From NCBI GenBank assembly GCA_963700155.1, contig OY969472.1, forward strand, positions 872,690 through 936,689: a stretch of 64,000 bases of DNA. Reading direction: 5' to 3'. The stretch is from an uncultured bacterium. GTDB lineage: Bacteria > Patescibacteriota > Dojkabacteria > J137. Position 1 is the first letter of the stretch, and each line of letters begins with the position of its first letter. Shown piece by piece: positions 9,419 to 19,461 of this stretch. The translations under genes and the position numbers were made by a program. A model generated the notes under the pieces. The model was given only the letters and a program-made list of their open reading frames with translations. It was not told where the DNA came from and ran no database searches.

Positions 9419-11257
9419 TTAAATTACTAAACTAATAATACTTTTTAATAGTTCATCGACAAAAAATGGTCTACCATCCCATCTTTTTATAACCTTTGGA
9501 ATATCTAACCCAGTTTGCATTCTAATCAACATCCTTAACTGCTCGTTATGATTATTTTCAATCAATACTACATTATCTTTTTTAAGATATTCGACAATAG
9601 GTTCAGTTTTCAATGGCCATAAATATTTTATATCCATATAATTAACTTTAATATTCTCCTTTTCAAATTGATTAAAGATATCATGAACTGAAGTATAGGT
9701 ACTTCCCCATCCTATTAAGTTTATTTCTTTTTGTACTTGTCTTGGTTTATTTGAAAAAACTTCAGGGTCAGGAAGTTTATTTTTTAGTGTGTCTAATTTT
9801 TTAAGTCTTTTTTCAATCATTTTTGCTCCAGGTTCAGCGTCTTCAGTCCCAGTTCCAAATTCATCATGTTCATCACTATTAGAATCAAAGTCAGTTAAAT
9901 TGTCTCCTGGAAACCAGCGGGGCGAAATTCCACTTTCAGTGAATTCATATCTCTTGAGTATTTTATCTTGCAGGGTTTTATCATTCGGATTTAGAATTTC
10001 GCCCCGCTCAATATTTATTTTTTCATAATCAAATTCTGGAACTTGGAAAATACTTTCTGCCAACATCTTATCTGTTAGTAATACCACAGGAATTTGATAT
10101 TTTTCTGCTATATTTTCAGCTTCTTGTATACCATAGAAACAATCTTCAGCATCTCTAACTGCCATAACACATCTTGCAAATTCCCCATGTCCAGTGAATA
10201 TTGATCCTAGAAGGTCTCCTTGTGCCGTCCATGTTGGTAATCCTGTTGCAGGTCCAGCTCTTTGTGCTAATAGAATAACTAAAGGAATCTCAAGCATTCC
10301 CGAAAGACTTATATGTTCAGCCATCAGATCAAATCCACCACCAGATGTCCCTACGAAGGCTCTTACTCCCATATGCATTGATCCAATAGTCATCGCCACT
10401 GCAGTTATTTCATCTTCAGTTTGCTTAACAATCATTCCTGTTTGATGTGCATTGTCTGCCAAAGTTGTTAATATTGAACTGGCTGGGGTCATAGGATATC
10501 CGTAGTAAATTCTTACTCCTCCGTTAACTGCACCAAATGATAATGCATCATTACCAGTCATTAAATAATCGTTCTTTAAATTCTGCTTAGATTTGAAATC
10601 TTTAATAAGTTCAAATACTTTTTTCCCAGTAATGTGTACTGAAGATTTTTCATCTTGTGTAATTTCGTCTTTTTTAATAATTTTTTTTGTATAAGATGGT
10701 AATTCAAAGTTTTCATATGTATATCCTTTTTCGAGACATTTTATATCTACTTCTAAAAATTGGGGCTTGTCTGCAAATGCTTTCTTAACAATCTCAAGAA
10801 TGATTTTATAATCTTGTCCTAAAAATTTCCAAAGAGTTCCCACTGTAACAATATTTGAAGTTACATAATTTCCACCAGCTTCAATTGAAAGCTTCATTGC
10901 TGGAATATGTATTAATTTGATATTCTTTTTTTGAATAACTTCAAACTCTTCTTTGTTTATTCTAGGATTTTCTATGTCATGGAAAATTATACTATTCTCT
11001 TTCATTTCATCGAGATACCACTTTGTTGCCTGTCTATTGATTACAACTTCAATATCTGTTCCAAATTCAGGACCTAGTATTTGTTGATCAGCAACATCGA
11101 CCTGGTAGCTTGCATTTCCTCCTTTAATTAAAGAAGGATATTCTCTGTAACCGAATGTGAAAAATCCAGATCTTTTTAATGATTTTGCTAAAATTTCACC
11201 AATAACATTAATTCCTTGTCCAGATTGCCCAGCAATTTTTATTGAGATTCTATTCAT
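9419..11257 (-). CDS. korA: 2-oxoacid:ferredoxin oxidoreductase alpha subunit (gamma-alpha fusion)
   Basis: GQSGQG, YPSLIKGG, GYPMTPAS, QTEDE, TSGGGFDLM, QRAGPATGLPT, SDEH, GWGST. Confidence 0.93.
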   Translation of the reverse strand: MNRISIKIAGQSGQGINVIGEILAKSLKRSGFFTFGYREYPSLIKGGNASYQVDVADQQILGPEFGTDIEVVINRQATKWYLDEMKENSIIFHDIENPRINKEEFEVIQKKNIKLIHIPAMKLSIEAGGNYVTSNIVTVGTLWKFLGQDYKIILEIVKKAFADKPQFLEVDIKCLEKGYTYENFELPSYTKKIIKKDEITQDEKSSVHITGKKVFELIKDFKSKQNLKNDYLMTGNDALSFGAVNGGVRIYYGYPMTPASSILTTLADNAHQTGMIVKQTEDEITAVAMTIGSMHMGVRAFVGTSGGGFDLMAEHISLSGMLEIPLVILLAQRAGPATGLPTWTAQGDLLGSIFTGHGEFARCVMAVRDAEDCFYGIQEAENIAEKYQIPVVLLTDKMLAESIFQVPEFDYEKINIERGEILNPNDKTLQDKILKRYEFTESGISPRWFPGDNLTDFDSNSDEHDEFGTGTEDAEPGAKMIEKRLKKLDTLKNKLPDPEVFSNKPRQVQKEINLIGWGSTYTSVHDIFNQFEKENIKVNYMDIKYLWPLKTEPIVEYLKKDNVVLIENNHNEQLRMLIRMQTGLDIPKVIKRWDGRPFFVDELLKSIISLVI

Positions 11258-11354
11258 ACTTTTATAGTCTATCTCAATCAGTAATAAGTTTCAAAAAAGT
11301 TGTATTCACTTTTATTCTTTATTTTGTTATAAATACTGGATTTTATTACAGATT

Positions 11355-11771
11355 ATGGAAACACCTTTTATAAATAAATTACAAACAGATGTGCAAGGGG
11401 TTGAAATTCTACAGACACTTAAGGAAGATTCGAAATTAGGCCGTAGATTTATTAAGATTTTTACAACTATTCTCGAAAATTCTAAAAATGAAGAAATGTC
11501 AGATAAAAATCCTTATTGGTATATTTATGTATCAGTTCTTGCGACTTTTATCGTTCGTTATCCAAAACTGACAATTTCTGAAATTATATATAAAGCTGAA
11601 GATTTCTTTTTTTATTATTTTAACTTTATAAATGTGAAGATTGGAGATACTGTAGATACTTATGGATATGTGTTTACATCATATGAATTAAATCAAATAA
11701 ATAAAAGTTATTTTGATTATGCATTATATTTAGCTTCTAACTACAAGAAAAATAAAGAGAAAGAATCATGA
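11355..11771 (+). CDS. Hypothetical soluble protein, ends KEKES
   Basis: 138-aa ATG ORF filling the gap; no recognisable motif. Confidence 0.65.
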   Translation: METPFINKLQTDVQGVEILQTLKEDSKLGRRFIKIFTTILENSKNEEMSDKNPYWYIYVSVLATFIVRYPKLTISEIIYKAEDFFFYYFNFINVKIGDTVDTYGYVFTSYELNQINKSYFDYALYLASNYKKNKEKES

Positions 11772-11835
11772 CAAGTATTTCTTTCATCAAATTCTTCTTA
11801 ATGATAGTATGTTAAGTACATGTTAATTAGTCCTA

Positions 11836-13917
11836 ATGGTTCTTAATAAATTTTTCAAGCCAAAATCAATTGCTATTTATGGAGTATCACAAAATCCTGA
11901 AAAAATTGCCTCAATAATTTTCTATAATTTAATTTCATCTGGATTCGAAGGTAAACTTTTCCCAATAAATCCTAAATATGAAAAGATTAGTAGTTATAAG
12001 TGCTACAAAAAAGCCGATTCTATCAAAGAAGATGTTGATTTAGCAATAATGGCGATTCCAGGAGAGTTAGTGATAACAGTTTTAGAAGATTGTCATAAAA
12101 AAGGAATAAATAGATTATTAATAATAAGTGCTGGATTTGCAGAAGCTGGTGAAGAAGGTAAAGTACTTGAAGAAAAAATGCACTTCTTGGCAGAAAAATA
12201 TAATATTTCAATTTTAGGACCAAATTCACTAGGAATTATAATTCCGGGAAATAATATGAATGCATCCTTTGCAGCATCAGATGCAGAAGAAGGTGGAATT
12301 GCTTTAATTTCACAATCTGGAGCGATATGTACTGCCTTCCTAGATAAATCTAATGCAATAGGAATTGGTTTTTCTCATATGCTTTCTATTGGAAATAAAA
12401 CCATGATAAATGAAAATGATTTTCTAGATTATCTTTTAAAAGATGAAAGTGTGCGAGTTATCGGAGGTTACATTGAAGATTTTAGAAACGGAAGAAAATT
12501 TATTAGTATGAAAGATGATCTCGATATCGAAAAACCTATTGTAATTATGTCTCCTGGTGAGACTGAAGCTGCAAAGGACGCAATAAAATCACATACAGGT
12601 TCATTGGCTTCTTCTCATAATATTATTAAAACTGCACTATCTAAACATGGAATTATTATGCCTTCTGAATTAAACCAGATGTTTGATCTATTAATAGGAT
12701 TTGAATGGATTAATAGATTCCCAAAGGGAAATAAGGTGGCAATTCTTACAAATGCAGGAGGAGTTGGGATTTTAACAACAGAAGCACTTGTAAAATCGGG
12801 TCTAGAATTAGCTAAATTACAAAAAGATACTATTAATGCTTTAAGAAAATTTCTTCCTGCTGAAGCTCATGCAAGAAATCCAATTGATATTATTGGAGAT
12901 GCTAAAGCTGACAGATATAGTAAAGCATTAGAGATTTTAGCTGATGCTGAAGAAGTAGATTCAATAATGGTTTTACTAACTCCACAATTGGTTACTGAAG
13001 TTGAAGATACAGCAAAGGTTTTAAACACTGCTGTTAAAAGCATTGATAAGCCTGTTGTGCCAGTATTTTTAGGAGGGGAATATGTTGAGTCTGGAATTAA
13101 ACGATTACATGATAATAAAGTGCTCTGTTATTCAGATTTAGATGCTGCAGTGTACGTTCTGGATAAAATAACAGAATACGCAGCGTATTTAAAAGTTAAA
13201 GAAAGAAGTGATTTAAAAATTGAATCTGAATCTGATTTGAAAAAATATACAAATAATGAACTCTCTGCTCTTCCTGAAGAAGAAGTCCAAAGTTTAATTA
13301 ATGAATTCAATATTGATACTCCCAAAACAATTATTGTACATTCTGTGAAAGAAGCTTTAATATCTGCTCAAAAGATCGGATTTCCTTTGGTAATTAAAGC
13401 TCTGACCGAGGATGTTATACATAAAACTGATATAAAAGCTATTTATTTGAATATTAAAGATAGTGATGAGCTTGAAAAGAAAGCTTTAAAATTAGAAAAA
13501 GAATTAATGGAATTAACAAAAAAAAATCACGTTTCTTTTATACTTCAGGAACAGATCAAGGCTGATTTAGAATTATTTATTGGGATGAAGAGAAATGATA
13601 ATTTCGGGAATGTTTTGCTATTTGGAACAGGTGGAATTTATACAGAGGTTTATAAAGATATTGCTCAAGTTTTACTACCAGCTTCTGAAAAAGAATTCGA
13701 AGCTTTAATAAATTCCACCCTTGTATCTAAAATTATCGATGGTTTTAGAGGACAACCAAAATTGGCGAAGGATAAGCTTATTGAAACAATGAAATTAATT
13801 CAAAAGATGGTTTTAACTTATCCTGAAATTTCTGAGGTTGATATTAACCCTGCAATGCTTACTGAGGATAGATGTATTTTAGCTGATATAAAAGTATTTA
13901 CAAAAAATATAAGTTAA
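11836..13917 (+). CDS. acdAB: ADP-forming acetate-CoA ligase (ACD, fused alpha/beta)
   Basis: CoA-binding PKSIAIYG, ISAGFAE, GPNSLG, SQSGA, catalytic SHTGSLA, TNAGG, NPID, ATP-grasp HKTD and DINP. Confidence 0.88.
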   Translation: MVLNKFFKPKSIAIYGVSQNPEKIASIIFYNLISSGFEGKLFPINPKYEKISSYKCYKKADSIKEDVDLAIMAIPGELVITVLEDCHKKGINRLLIISAGFAEAGEEGKVLEEKMHFLAEKYNISILGPNSLGIIIPGNNMNASFAASDAEEGGIALISQSGAICTAFLDKSNAIGIGFSHMLSIGNKTMINENDFLDYLLKDESVRVIGGYIEDFRNGRKFISMKDDLDIEKPIVIMSPGETEAAKDAIKSHTGSLASSHNIIKTALSKHGIIMPSELNQMFDLLIGFEWINRFPKGNKVAILTNAGGVGILTTEALVKSGLELAKLQKDTINALRKFLPAEAHARNPIDIIGDAKADRYSKALEILADAEEVDSIMVLLTPQLVTEVEDTAKVLNTAVKSIDKPVVPVFLGGEYVESGIKRLHDNKVLCYSDLDAAVYVLDKITEYAAYLKVKERSDLKIESESDLKKYTNNELSALPEEEVQSLINEFNIDTPKTIIVHSVKEALISAQKIGFPLVIKALTEDVIHKTDIKAIYLNIKDSDELEKKALKLEKELMELTKKNHVSFILQEQIKADLELFIGMKRNDNFGNVLLFGTGGIYTEVYKDIAQVLLPASEKEFEALINSTLVSKIIDGFRGQPKLAKDKLIETMKLIQKMVLTYPEISEVDINPAMLTEDRCILADIKVFTKNIS

Positions 13918-13919
13918 AT

Positions 13920-14285
13920 CTATGATTCTGTAACAATATCATTTTCTAGATTTTTAACTCTTCGATACTCTATACGAATTCCTTCAATTATTCTTCCAAG
14001 AGTATTTACTGCATTTAATTGATTTATTTTTAATTCATAATCATCTGTTAAATTGGCAATCTTTGAAAATTCACTAAATAAAACTGCTAAATCATCTATA
14101 GTAATTAGATTATTAGAATATGATTCTATAATTGTACTATAGTATTTGTTAAGGAAACTTGCTACATCTAGATTTACTAGCTCAGTTATTAAATCTTCTA
14201 ATTTCTCTACTCTAATTATTTTTTTAAAAATCTCAATAATCTTTTCATTTGATTTCTGAAATTTTTGATCCAATTTTTGATCCAT
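13920..14285 (-). CDS. Hypothetical helical protein, ends IVTES; paralogue of 19462..20046
   Basis: 121-aa ORF; FLNKYY...YS...I..DDL..LFS block shared with 19462..20046. Confidence 0.7.
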   Translation of the reverse strand: MDQKLDQKFQKSNEKIIEIFKKIIRVEKLEDLITELVNLDVASFLNKYYSTIIESYSNNLITIDDLAVLFSEFSKIANLTDDYELKINQLNAVNTLGRIIEGIRIEYRRVKNLENDIVTES

Positions 14286-14344
14286 GGAATATAACGTAAT
14301 AAATAATTACTCAGATTTTAACTTATTATTTAATTAGAGTATAT

Positions 14345-14842
14345 TTAAACTGAAAGAAGATATTTTTGTACTAGCTCTTTGCCCCAGCTTTTCATTTCAT
14401 GAAGTTTAGAGTGCGGCGGACCATCTACTCTTAAAGTTCCCATTAATTGTTTACCCCCAACTTTCTTAACAGTTTGTTCCAGAATATCCGCCGCACCACA
14501 AAAAATATCATAATATTCACTGTCACCAAGTCCTACAACTTCTATAACTTTTCCCGGAAGACTTAAATTTTTAAAAGTTTTATTAAATTTTATAAACTTG
14601 TCGTTAAGCTGTCCTACATCATAAGTTGAGCATACAAAAACTATCAGATCATTTTTTGATACTTCGTTTGCATTAGCCTTTTCTGCTCTTAATAGTTCTG
14701 TTTTAATATCTTCAGAACAGATTCCATCGCAAATAGCTTCGGCAACCAATTCAGCATTCCCTGAATGTGTAGCGTAAATAACTGCAGCTTTGATGTTCTC
14801 TTTAGAGATATTACTTACAGTATGAGGATTTATAAAAGCCAT
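14345..14842 (-). CDS. fld: Short-chain flavodoxin
   Basis: YATHSGNAE FMN loop, STYDVGQL, GLGDSEYYDIFCGA. Confidence 0.9.
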   Translation of the reverse strand: MAFINPHTVSNISKENIKAAVIYATHSGNAELVAEAICDGICSEDIKTELLRAEKANANEVSKNDLIVFVCSTYDVGQLNDKFIKFNKTFKNLSLPGKVIEVVGLGDSEYYDIFCGAADILEQTVKKVGGKQLMGTLRVDGPPHSKLHEMKSWGKELVQKYLLSV

Positions 14843-14956
14843 GTGTTAATTTTATAATTTTTCTTCTTAACTATATTATATTACTTATATTTTTTTACAT
14901 ATTCAAATTTTAATAATAATGTTTTAATATAAATCTATACTTCTTAACGATTTAAA

Positions 14957-15499
14957 ATGACTGAAAATTCAAAAGATAGGATAGAAATCCTAAGAAACAG
15001 GTGGATAAAAAAACTTTTAGGAAATTATTTTGTGATTAAAACATGGCTTGCATTAACATTTTTTGTTTTAGCCTTTGGTTTCTTTGCTTTCGTTTTAAGA
15101 ACAGCTGGTGATTTGGGACGAATACTTTTGGTAGTATACGGAATTATTATGATTTTTTTATGTTTAGTATTAATGATGGAATATTTTATAAAAACTGTTA
15201 CATTACAAAAAGATAAAGATGTAAAGATTTTCAGTGCAATACTTTCGGTTAATACATTTTTTGGGTTAGTTCTATCGTTGTTGTATATAAACATTATTTT
15301 AGCTGTAACAATAAGATCACTTGCATTAATGACTTACTATGGAACTTTTTTTTGCAAGGTAAGATTGAGTCTTGTTAGTTTTTATTATAATAACCAGATA
15401 TATTCTCAAATTAATTCAGTAATTTTTTGGATTGTAATATTCAATATTATTATATTTTTATTTGGAGGCCTTTTTGAAAGACTACTTAGCAAAAAATAA
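14957..15499 (+). CDS. Hypothetical membrane protein (about 4 TM)
   Basis: Multiple hydrophobic segments. Confidence 0.7.
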   Translation: MTENSKDRIEILRNRWIKKLLGNYFVIKTWLALTFFVLAFGFFAFVLRTAGDLGRILLVVYGIIMIFLCLVLMMEYFIKTVTLQKDKDVKIFSAILSVNTFFGLVLSLLYINIILAVTIRSLALMTYYGTFFCKVRLSLVSFYYNNQIYSQINSVIFWIVIFNIIIFLFGGLFERLLSKK

Positions 15500-15522
15500 T
15501 AACTTAAACTTAAAGATAAATA

Positions 15523-15551
15523 TTGACAAAAGGTTTTCACATTAATAAAAT
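15523..15551 (+). promoter_or_regulatory. Near-consensus sigma70 promoter
   Basis: TTGACA-17 nt-TAAAAT. Confidence 0.7.
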
Positions 15552-15636
15552 CCCCATAACTAAATACTTAATGCTTTTGGCTTAAGTTTAGAAAGTAAAG
15601 TATCGAACGTCAGAGTCGAGAGGAATTAGTAAGATA

Positions 15637-15900
15637 ATGTCAAGAGAAAGATTAGTTCAATGGCTCAGGTGGGCGGGATTGGCTTCAGTCCCGAGCTGGA
15701 TTCTCGCAGGTTTTGTTTGGGGAAGTAAAATCAACCCAAACATTGCTGGTGGGTTTGGTCTCATCAGTATCTGTTATCCAACATCGCTTATAGTCGAATA
15801 TGGGGCCCTTAAGAATTTGAGGGTATCTGAAATCCTCCTTTTCGGTGTCACGATAGTTGTTTTCGTAATCAACATATTTTTTCTCAGCTATCTGTCCTGA
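15637..15900 (+). CDS. Small membrane protein (about 3 TM), GC-richer than neighbours
   Basis: 87 aa, hydrophobic; own promoter and downstream hairpin. Confidence 0.65.
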   Translation: MSRERLVQWLRWAGLASVPSWILAGFVWGSKINPNIAGGFGLISICYPTSLIVEYGALKNLRVSEILLFGVTIVVFVINIFFLSYLS

Positions 15901-15918
15901 TCATCGATGCTATAAGAA

Positions 15919-15939
15919 GGGCGGACTTTCAGTCCGCCC
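15919..15939. terminator. GC-rich hairpin between convergent genes
   Basis: GGGCGGACT-TTC-AGTCCGCCC, 9-bp stem, no immediate U-tract. Confidence 0.55.
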
Positions 15940-15956
15940 GAAAGGCTTTTATCCTC

Positions 15957-16658
15957 CTAGTCAAATAGTATAGAATGGTGATTTTCCAAATTAGGTATTA
16001 ATCCTACACCTTCTAGCCATTGAAGATATGTCAAATATTTTATATAAGGACTAACTATAAGTTTATTAAGTATATATTTTAATTTCTGTTTCCTTATTAA
16101 ACACGTCTGCACTTTTCTTTCCAACTCTTGTGGATCATGTACTTTACCAATATACTCAATAATATCTTCATCAAGAAACAAAAGATTAATTCTCTTCTCT
16201 TGCAGACTTCTTAGAACCCATAATTTCATGTTATTAATATTTAAAGACTCTCTTAGTAAATAATATAATTCGAAAGGATTAATTTCGGGATATTTATTTG
16301 AGTCTAAATATTTGATAATAAGATCAAATACTTCATCAATATTTCCATAAATAATATTATTATAAATTTTGTTATATTTTCTACCGTAGTTTATATAGAG
16401 ATTAAAACGTCTTGGTAAATAATCCAAAATTCTATCTCTTTCTTTACTATCCTCACTTTGGCTAAGATACATATCACTTATTCTGAACCTGAAAGCAAGA
16501 ATTTTTTTAACACCAATAACTTCATTAAGAAGCGGTTCAGTTATCTTTGAGTCAGCTGAATCTGATATATCAGCTCCATCTACTGGAAGACTATTTAACC
16601 CCTCAATCTTTTCAATCTCTTCCTGAATGAAATTTTCTGGGAAAAGCGATTTAGACAT
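15957..16658 (-). CDS. Hypothetical soluble protein
   Basis: 233-aa ORF directly downstream of pgk. Confidence 0.7.
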   Translation of the reverse strand: MSKSLFPENFIQEEIEKIEGLNSLPVDGADISDSADSKITEPLLNEVIGVKKILAFRFRISDMYLSQSEDSKERDRILDYLPRRFNLYINYGRKYNKIYNNIIYGNIDEVFDLIIKYLDSNKYPEINPFELYYLLRESLNINNMKLWVLRSLQEKRINLLFLDEDIIEYIGKVHDPQELERKVQTCLIRKQKLKYILNKLIVSPYIKYLTYLQWLEGVGLIPNLENHHSILFD

Positions 16659-16676
16659 TATGATTAGACCTAATTT

Positions 16677-17888
16677 TTAATGCTTGATTATAGCATCCAG
16701 GGTTGGAAATTCATCATAAGCAATAAAAGCTAACATTGCACCACCCCCAGTAGAAACATGATTGAACCCAGAAAGATTAAATTTATTTAGTGCTGCAATT
16801 GAATCTCCTCCACCAGCCAATTTATATGCATTCCCATTTGAAAGAACTGATTCAACAATTGACTTTGTGCCAAGTTCACACTTTGGCCATTCAAATACAC
16901 CCATTGGTCCATTCCATAATATTGAAGAAGCATTCGATATTTCAATTTTAAAATTTTCAATTGTACCTTTACCAATATCGATTCCTACTCTACCTTCAGT
17001 AATAGTTCTCTCATCTGTATAAACTGCATTCTTTGATGATTCCTCAGTGAATTCTTTTGAAACTAAATGATCAACCGGTAATACAATCTTTTCACAATAT
17101 TTATCTATGGTATCTTTAGCAACTTCTAATTTATCAGCCTCAATTAATGAACTCCCTATATCTATTCCATCAGCTTTTAATAATGTATAAGCCATTGCTC
17201 CACCAACAAGAACTTTATCTGCTATTTCTGCTAATGATTTTAATGCGTCTAACTTTTCTGAAAGTTTTGCACCACCTAAAACAGCGACAAATGGTTTGTT
17301 AGGATTAGAGAATTTGGATAAAGCGGAAATTTCTTCCAGAAATTTCCGCCCTAAATAGCTAGGAAGCAAAGAAGCAATATCATATGTTGATGCAGATTCT
17401 CTATAATCTGCAAATGCATCATTAATAAAAACATCTCCCAATTCTGCTAATTCTTTTGCAAAACTCATTCTATCTTCAGTAACTTTACTTTCCTCTGCTT
17501 TAAAAAATCTTATATTTTCTAAAAGGTAAATTATATTTTTATTATCTTCAGAGTTTTGGATTTCACTGAAATCAGATACTAATTTTAATATTAGATTTTG
17601 ATTTGTTTTTTTAAATTCTTCTTGTATTAACTCTGCGACATTCCAAAAACTAAATTTCTTTTCATTATTTTCAGGTCTTCCAAGATGTGCCATTATTACT
17701 AACCTTTGTACATTCCCAGCTAATTCTGAAATTAGTGGCATTGCTTCATCAAGTCTTGTTCTATCTATAACTTTACCTTCTTCATCTGTAGTTACATTAA
17801 GACAAGCTCGCAAAAGCACTTTCTTATTATTTAAGTTTTGAATATTCTTATAGCTGAATTTATTAATATCATTTGGGAGTTTATACAT
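16677..17888 (-). CDS. pgk: Phosphoglycerate kinase
   Basis: HLGRP, LENIRF, NDAF, LGGAK, WNGPMGVFE, GGGDS, STGGGA. Confidence 0.96.
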   Translation of the reverse strand: MYKLPNDINKFSYKNIQNLNNKKVLLRACLNVTTDEEGKVIDRTRLDEAMPLISELAGNVQRLVIMAHLGRPENNEKKFSFWNVAELIQEEFKKTNQNLILKLVSDFSEIQNSEDNKNIIYLLENIRFFKAEESKVTEDRMSFAKELAELGDVFINDAFADYRESASTYDIASLLPSYLGRKFLEEISALSKFSNPNKPFVAVLGGAKLSEKLDALKSLAEIADKVLVGGAMAYTLLKADGIDIGSSLIEADKLEVAKDTIDKYCEKIVLPVDHLVSKEFTEESSKNAVYTDERTITEGRVGIDIGKGTIENFKIEISNASSILWNGPMGVFEWPKCELGTKSIVESVLSNGNAYKLAGGGDSIAALNKFNLSGFNHVSTGGGAMLAFIAYDEFPTLDAIIKH

Positions 17889-17959
17889 TTTTATATAGTA
17901 ATAGATACTAGAAAAATAATACTAATATTGAAGAAATTAAACAAGAAGTATTGGGTTTT

Positions 17960-17980
17960 AGGGGCGCCTTCGGCGCCCCT
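17960..17980. terminator. GC-rich hairpin downstream of the 38-aa ORF
   Basis: AGGGGCGCC-TTC-GGCGCCCCT perfect 9-bp stem. Confidence 0.55.
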
Positions 17981-17999
17981 TGTTAGAAAGTTTAGTCCG

Positions 18000-18116
18000 T
18001 TAACGTTGAGAGAGATACAATAGTAGTATCATCTCTATTACAGGACCTAATAAAGCAAAAGCCAAAGTGATTGCTCCTTTGATCGACTTTGTACGAGACC
18101 CACTTAGTCCCTTCAT
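18000..18116 (-). CDS. Unannotated 38-aa single-TM small protein
   Basis: MKGLSGSRTKSIKGAITLAFALLGPVIEMILLLYLSQR; GAAAGGA SD-like sequence 5 nt before ATG; TGaTATAAT extended -10 near 18140-18148; hairpin after the stop. Confidence 0.6.
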   Translation of the reverse strand: MKGLSGSRTKSIKGAITLAFALLGPVIEMILLLYLSQR

Positions 18117-18190
18117 TTTATTCCTTTCGAACTATTCTCATTATATCACAAATATATAGCATTTTTTCTTGATTTTAATTAAGTGGATAA

Positions 18191-18469
18191 TTACTGTTCT
18201 ATATTTGAGCTGTGAGCTAGTTCTTCCCTCAATAAATTTATGTTCATTTCAAGAGTGTTATTACCATCTTCAATCATTTTTGTACTAATCATTCTCATAT
18301 AATAAGAGACTCCAAGTTCTAGTTCTGCTGGACATAGATTACATAAAAGTGCAGCTCTAATCCCTTTTTCTATGTCAGATTCTTTAGTTCCTTGTGGTAT
18401 ATTAATTGAAATTATATTTGCATAATCTGCCCCTTCGATTAAAGGTTTTTCTAATACTACATTTGACAT
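18191..18469 (-). CDS. Hypothetical protein, ends NIEQ
   Basis: 92-aa ORF in a co-oriented orphan run. Confidence 0.6.
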   Translation of the reverse strand: MSNVVLEKPLIEGADYANIISINIPQGTKESDIEKGIRAALLCNLCPAELELGVSYYMRMISTKMIEDGNNTLEMNINLLREELAHSSNIEQ

Positions 18470-18504
18470 TTAAGTAAATTAATAAATAAATTAAGTACTA
18501 AAAT

Positions 18505-19440
18505 TTATAATTCTTGTTCTAATCTTATTCTTTCTTTTTCAGTAGTTACTTTGAAATAATTAGAAAGTTCTTTGAAATCTATAATTACGTTGTCACCTTC
18601 TATTTGATAATAGTTTGTTTGTATTTTATTTAATATACTAACGAATTCTATTAAAATTGCATTTTTGCCGTAAATTTTAGTTTCTTCATCTAATAAATCA
18701 AACCGTTCGGCAATAATATTTTTGAGTATTTGAAGTTTGTATATAGGATCTAACTTTATAAATTTCTCAAGCCTAACAAAATTAACTGCATTATCAAGCC
18801 TTTCCAGTAATCGTCTCCAAGCTTGCTTTATTTCTATATAATTGTCTGGCAACTTATCTATTTCATCCTCGACTATTTTTATTGCTTCTAATAGTGATAA
18901 ATTACTTTTAGCATGATCAATTGCTATTTCTGCCATTTCGGTTATCTTATCTTTAATAATACTAAAGTTTAATGGATTACCATCTTCTAAAACATCAAGT
19001 TGTCTATCACAGTATAATAAGAAAGGTTCTATTTTTGGTCTAGATCTTCTTTCTTGTTCTTGAATATCTTCTTTTAGTATTACTAAAAGTTCATCGCTGT
19101 TAATATTTAATCTTTCAGGGTAAATATACCCATTACCATTTTCTGTGTAGCTAATTGAATTTTGTTTCTTCGTTTCTAAATTCTTCTTTGCTACATCATC
19201 ATCTATATATCCTTCCATCATTCTTCCAAATACTTCTGTATCCCAATTAACGGTAATGAATAGTCTTGATAGTTCTATCAGTGAAAATTGACTAAATTGA
19301 TCTGGAATAATATTTTTGTTTTCATCTAAAAATTTACTAATTAATTCTAACTTTTGTTTATAAGTTAAATTTTCGTAATTTGGAATCATTATTCCACCTT
19401 CGATATTTTCAATATTTCCTATTGGTATTTGATTTGGCAT
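18505..19440 (-). CDS. Hypothetical acidic helical protein, ends EQEL
   Basis: 311-aa ORF. Confidence 0.75.
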   Translation of the reverse strand: MPNQIPIGNIENIEGGIMIPNYENLTYKQKLELISKFLDENKNIIPDQFSQFSLIELSRLFITVNWDTEVFGRMMEGYIDDDVAKKNLETKKQNSISYTENGNGYIYPERLNINSDELLVILKEDIQEQERRSRPKIEPFLLYCDRQLDVLEDGNPLNFSIIKDKITEMAEIAIDHAKSNLSLLEAIKIVEDEIDKLPDNYIEIKQAWRRLLERLDNAVNFVRLEKFIKLDPIYKLQILKNIIAERFDLLDEETKIYGKNAILIEFVSILNKIQTNYYQIEGDNVIIDFKELSNYFKVTTEKERIRLEQEL

Positions 19441-19461
19441 TTTATTTAAATAAATAATAAT

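Noticed and set aside
11836-13917. Pat/YfiQ-type protein acetyltransferase instead of ACD
   Set aside because: No fused GNAT domain, and both catalytic histidines (SHTG, HKTD) are present
17838-18023. 61-aa plus-strand ORF across the GC hairpin
   Set aside because: Overlaps the pgk start antisense and has no RBS; the minus-strand 38-aa ORF is better supported
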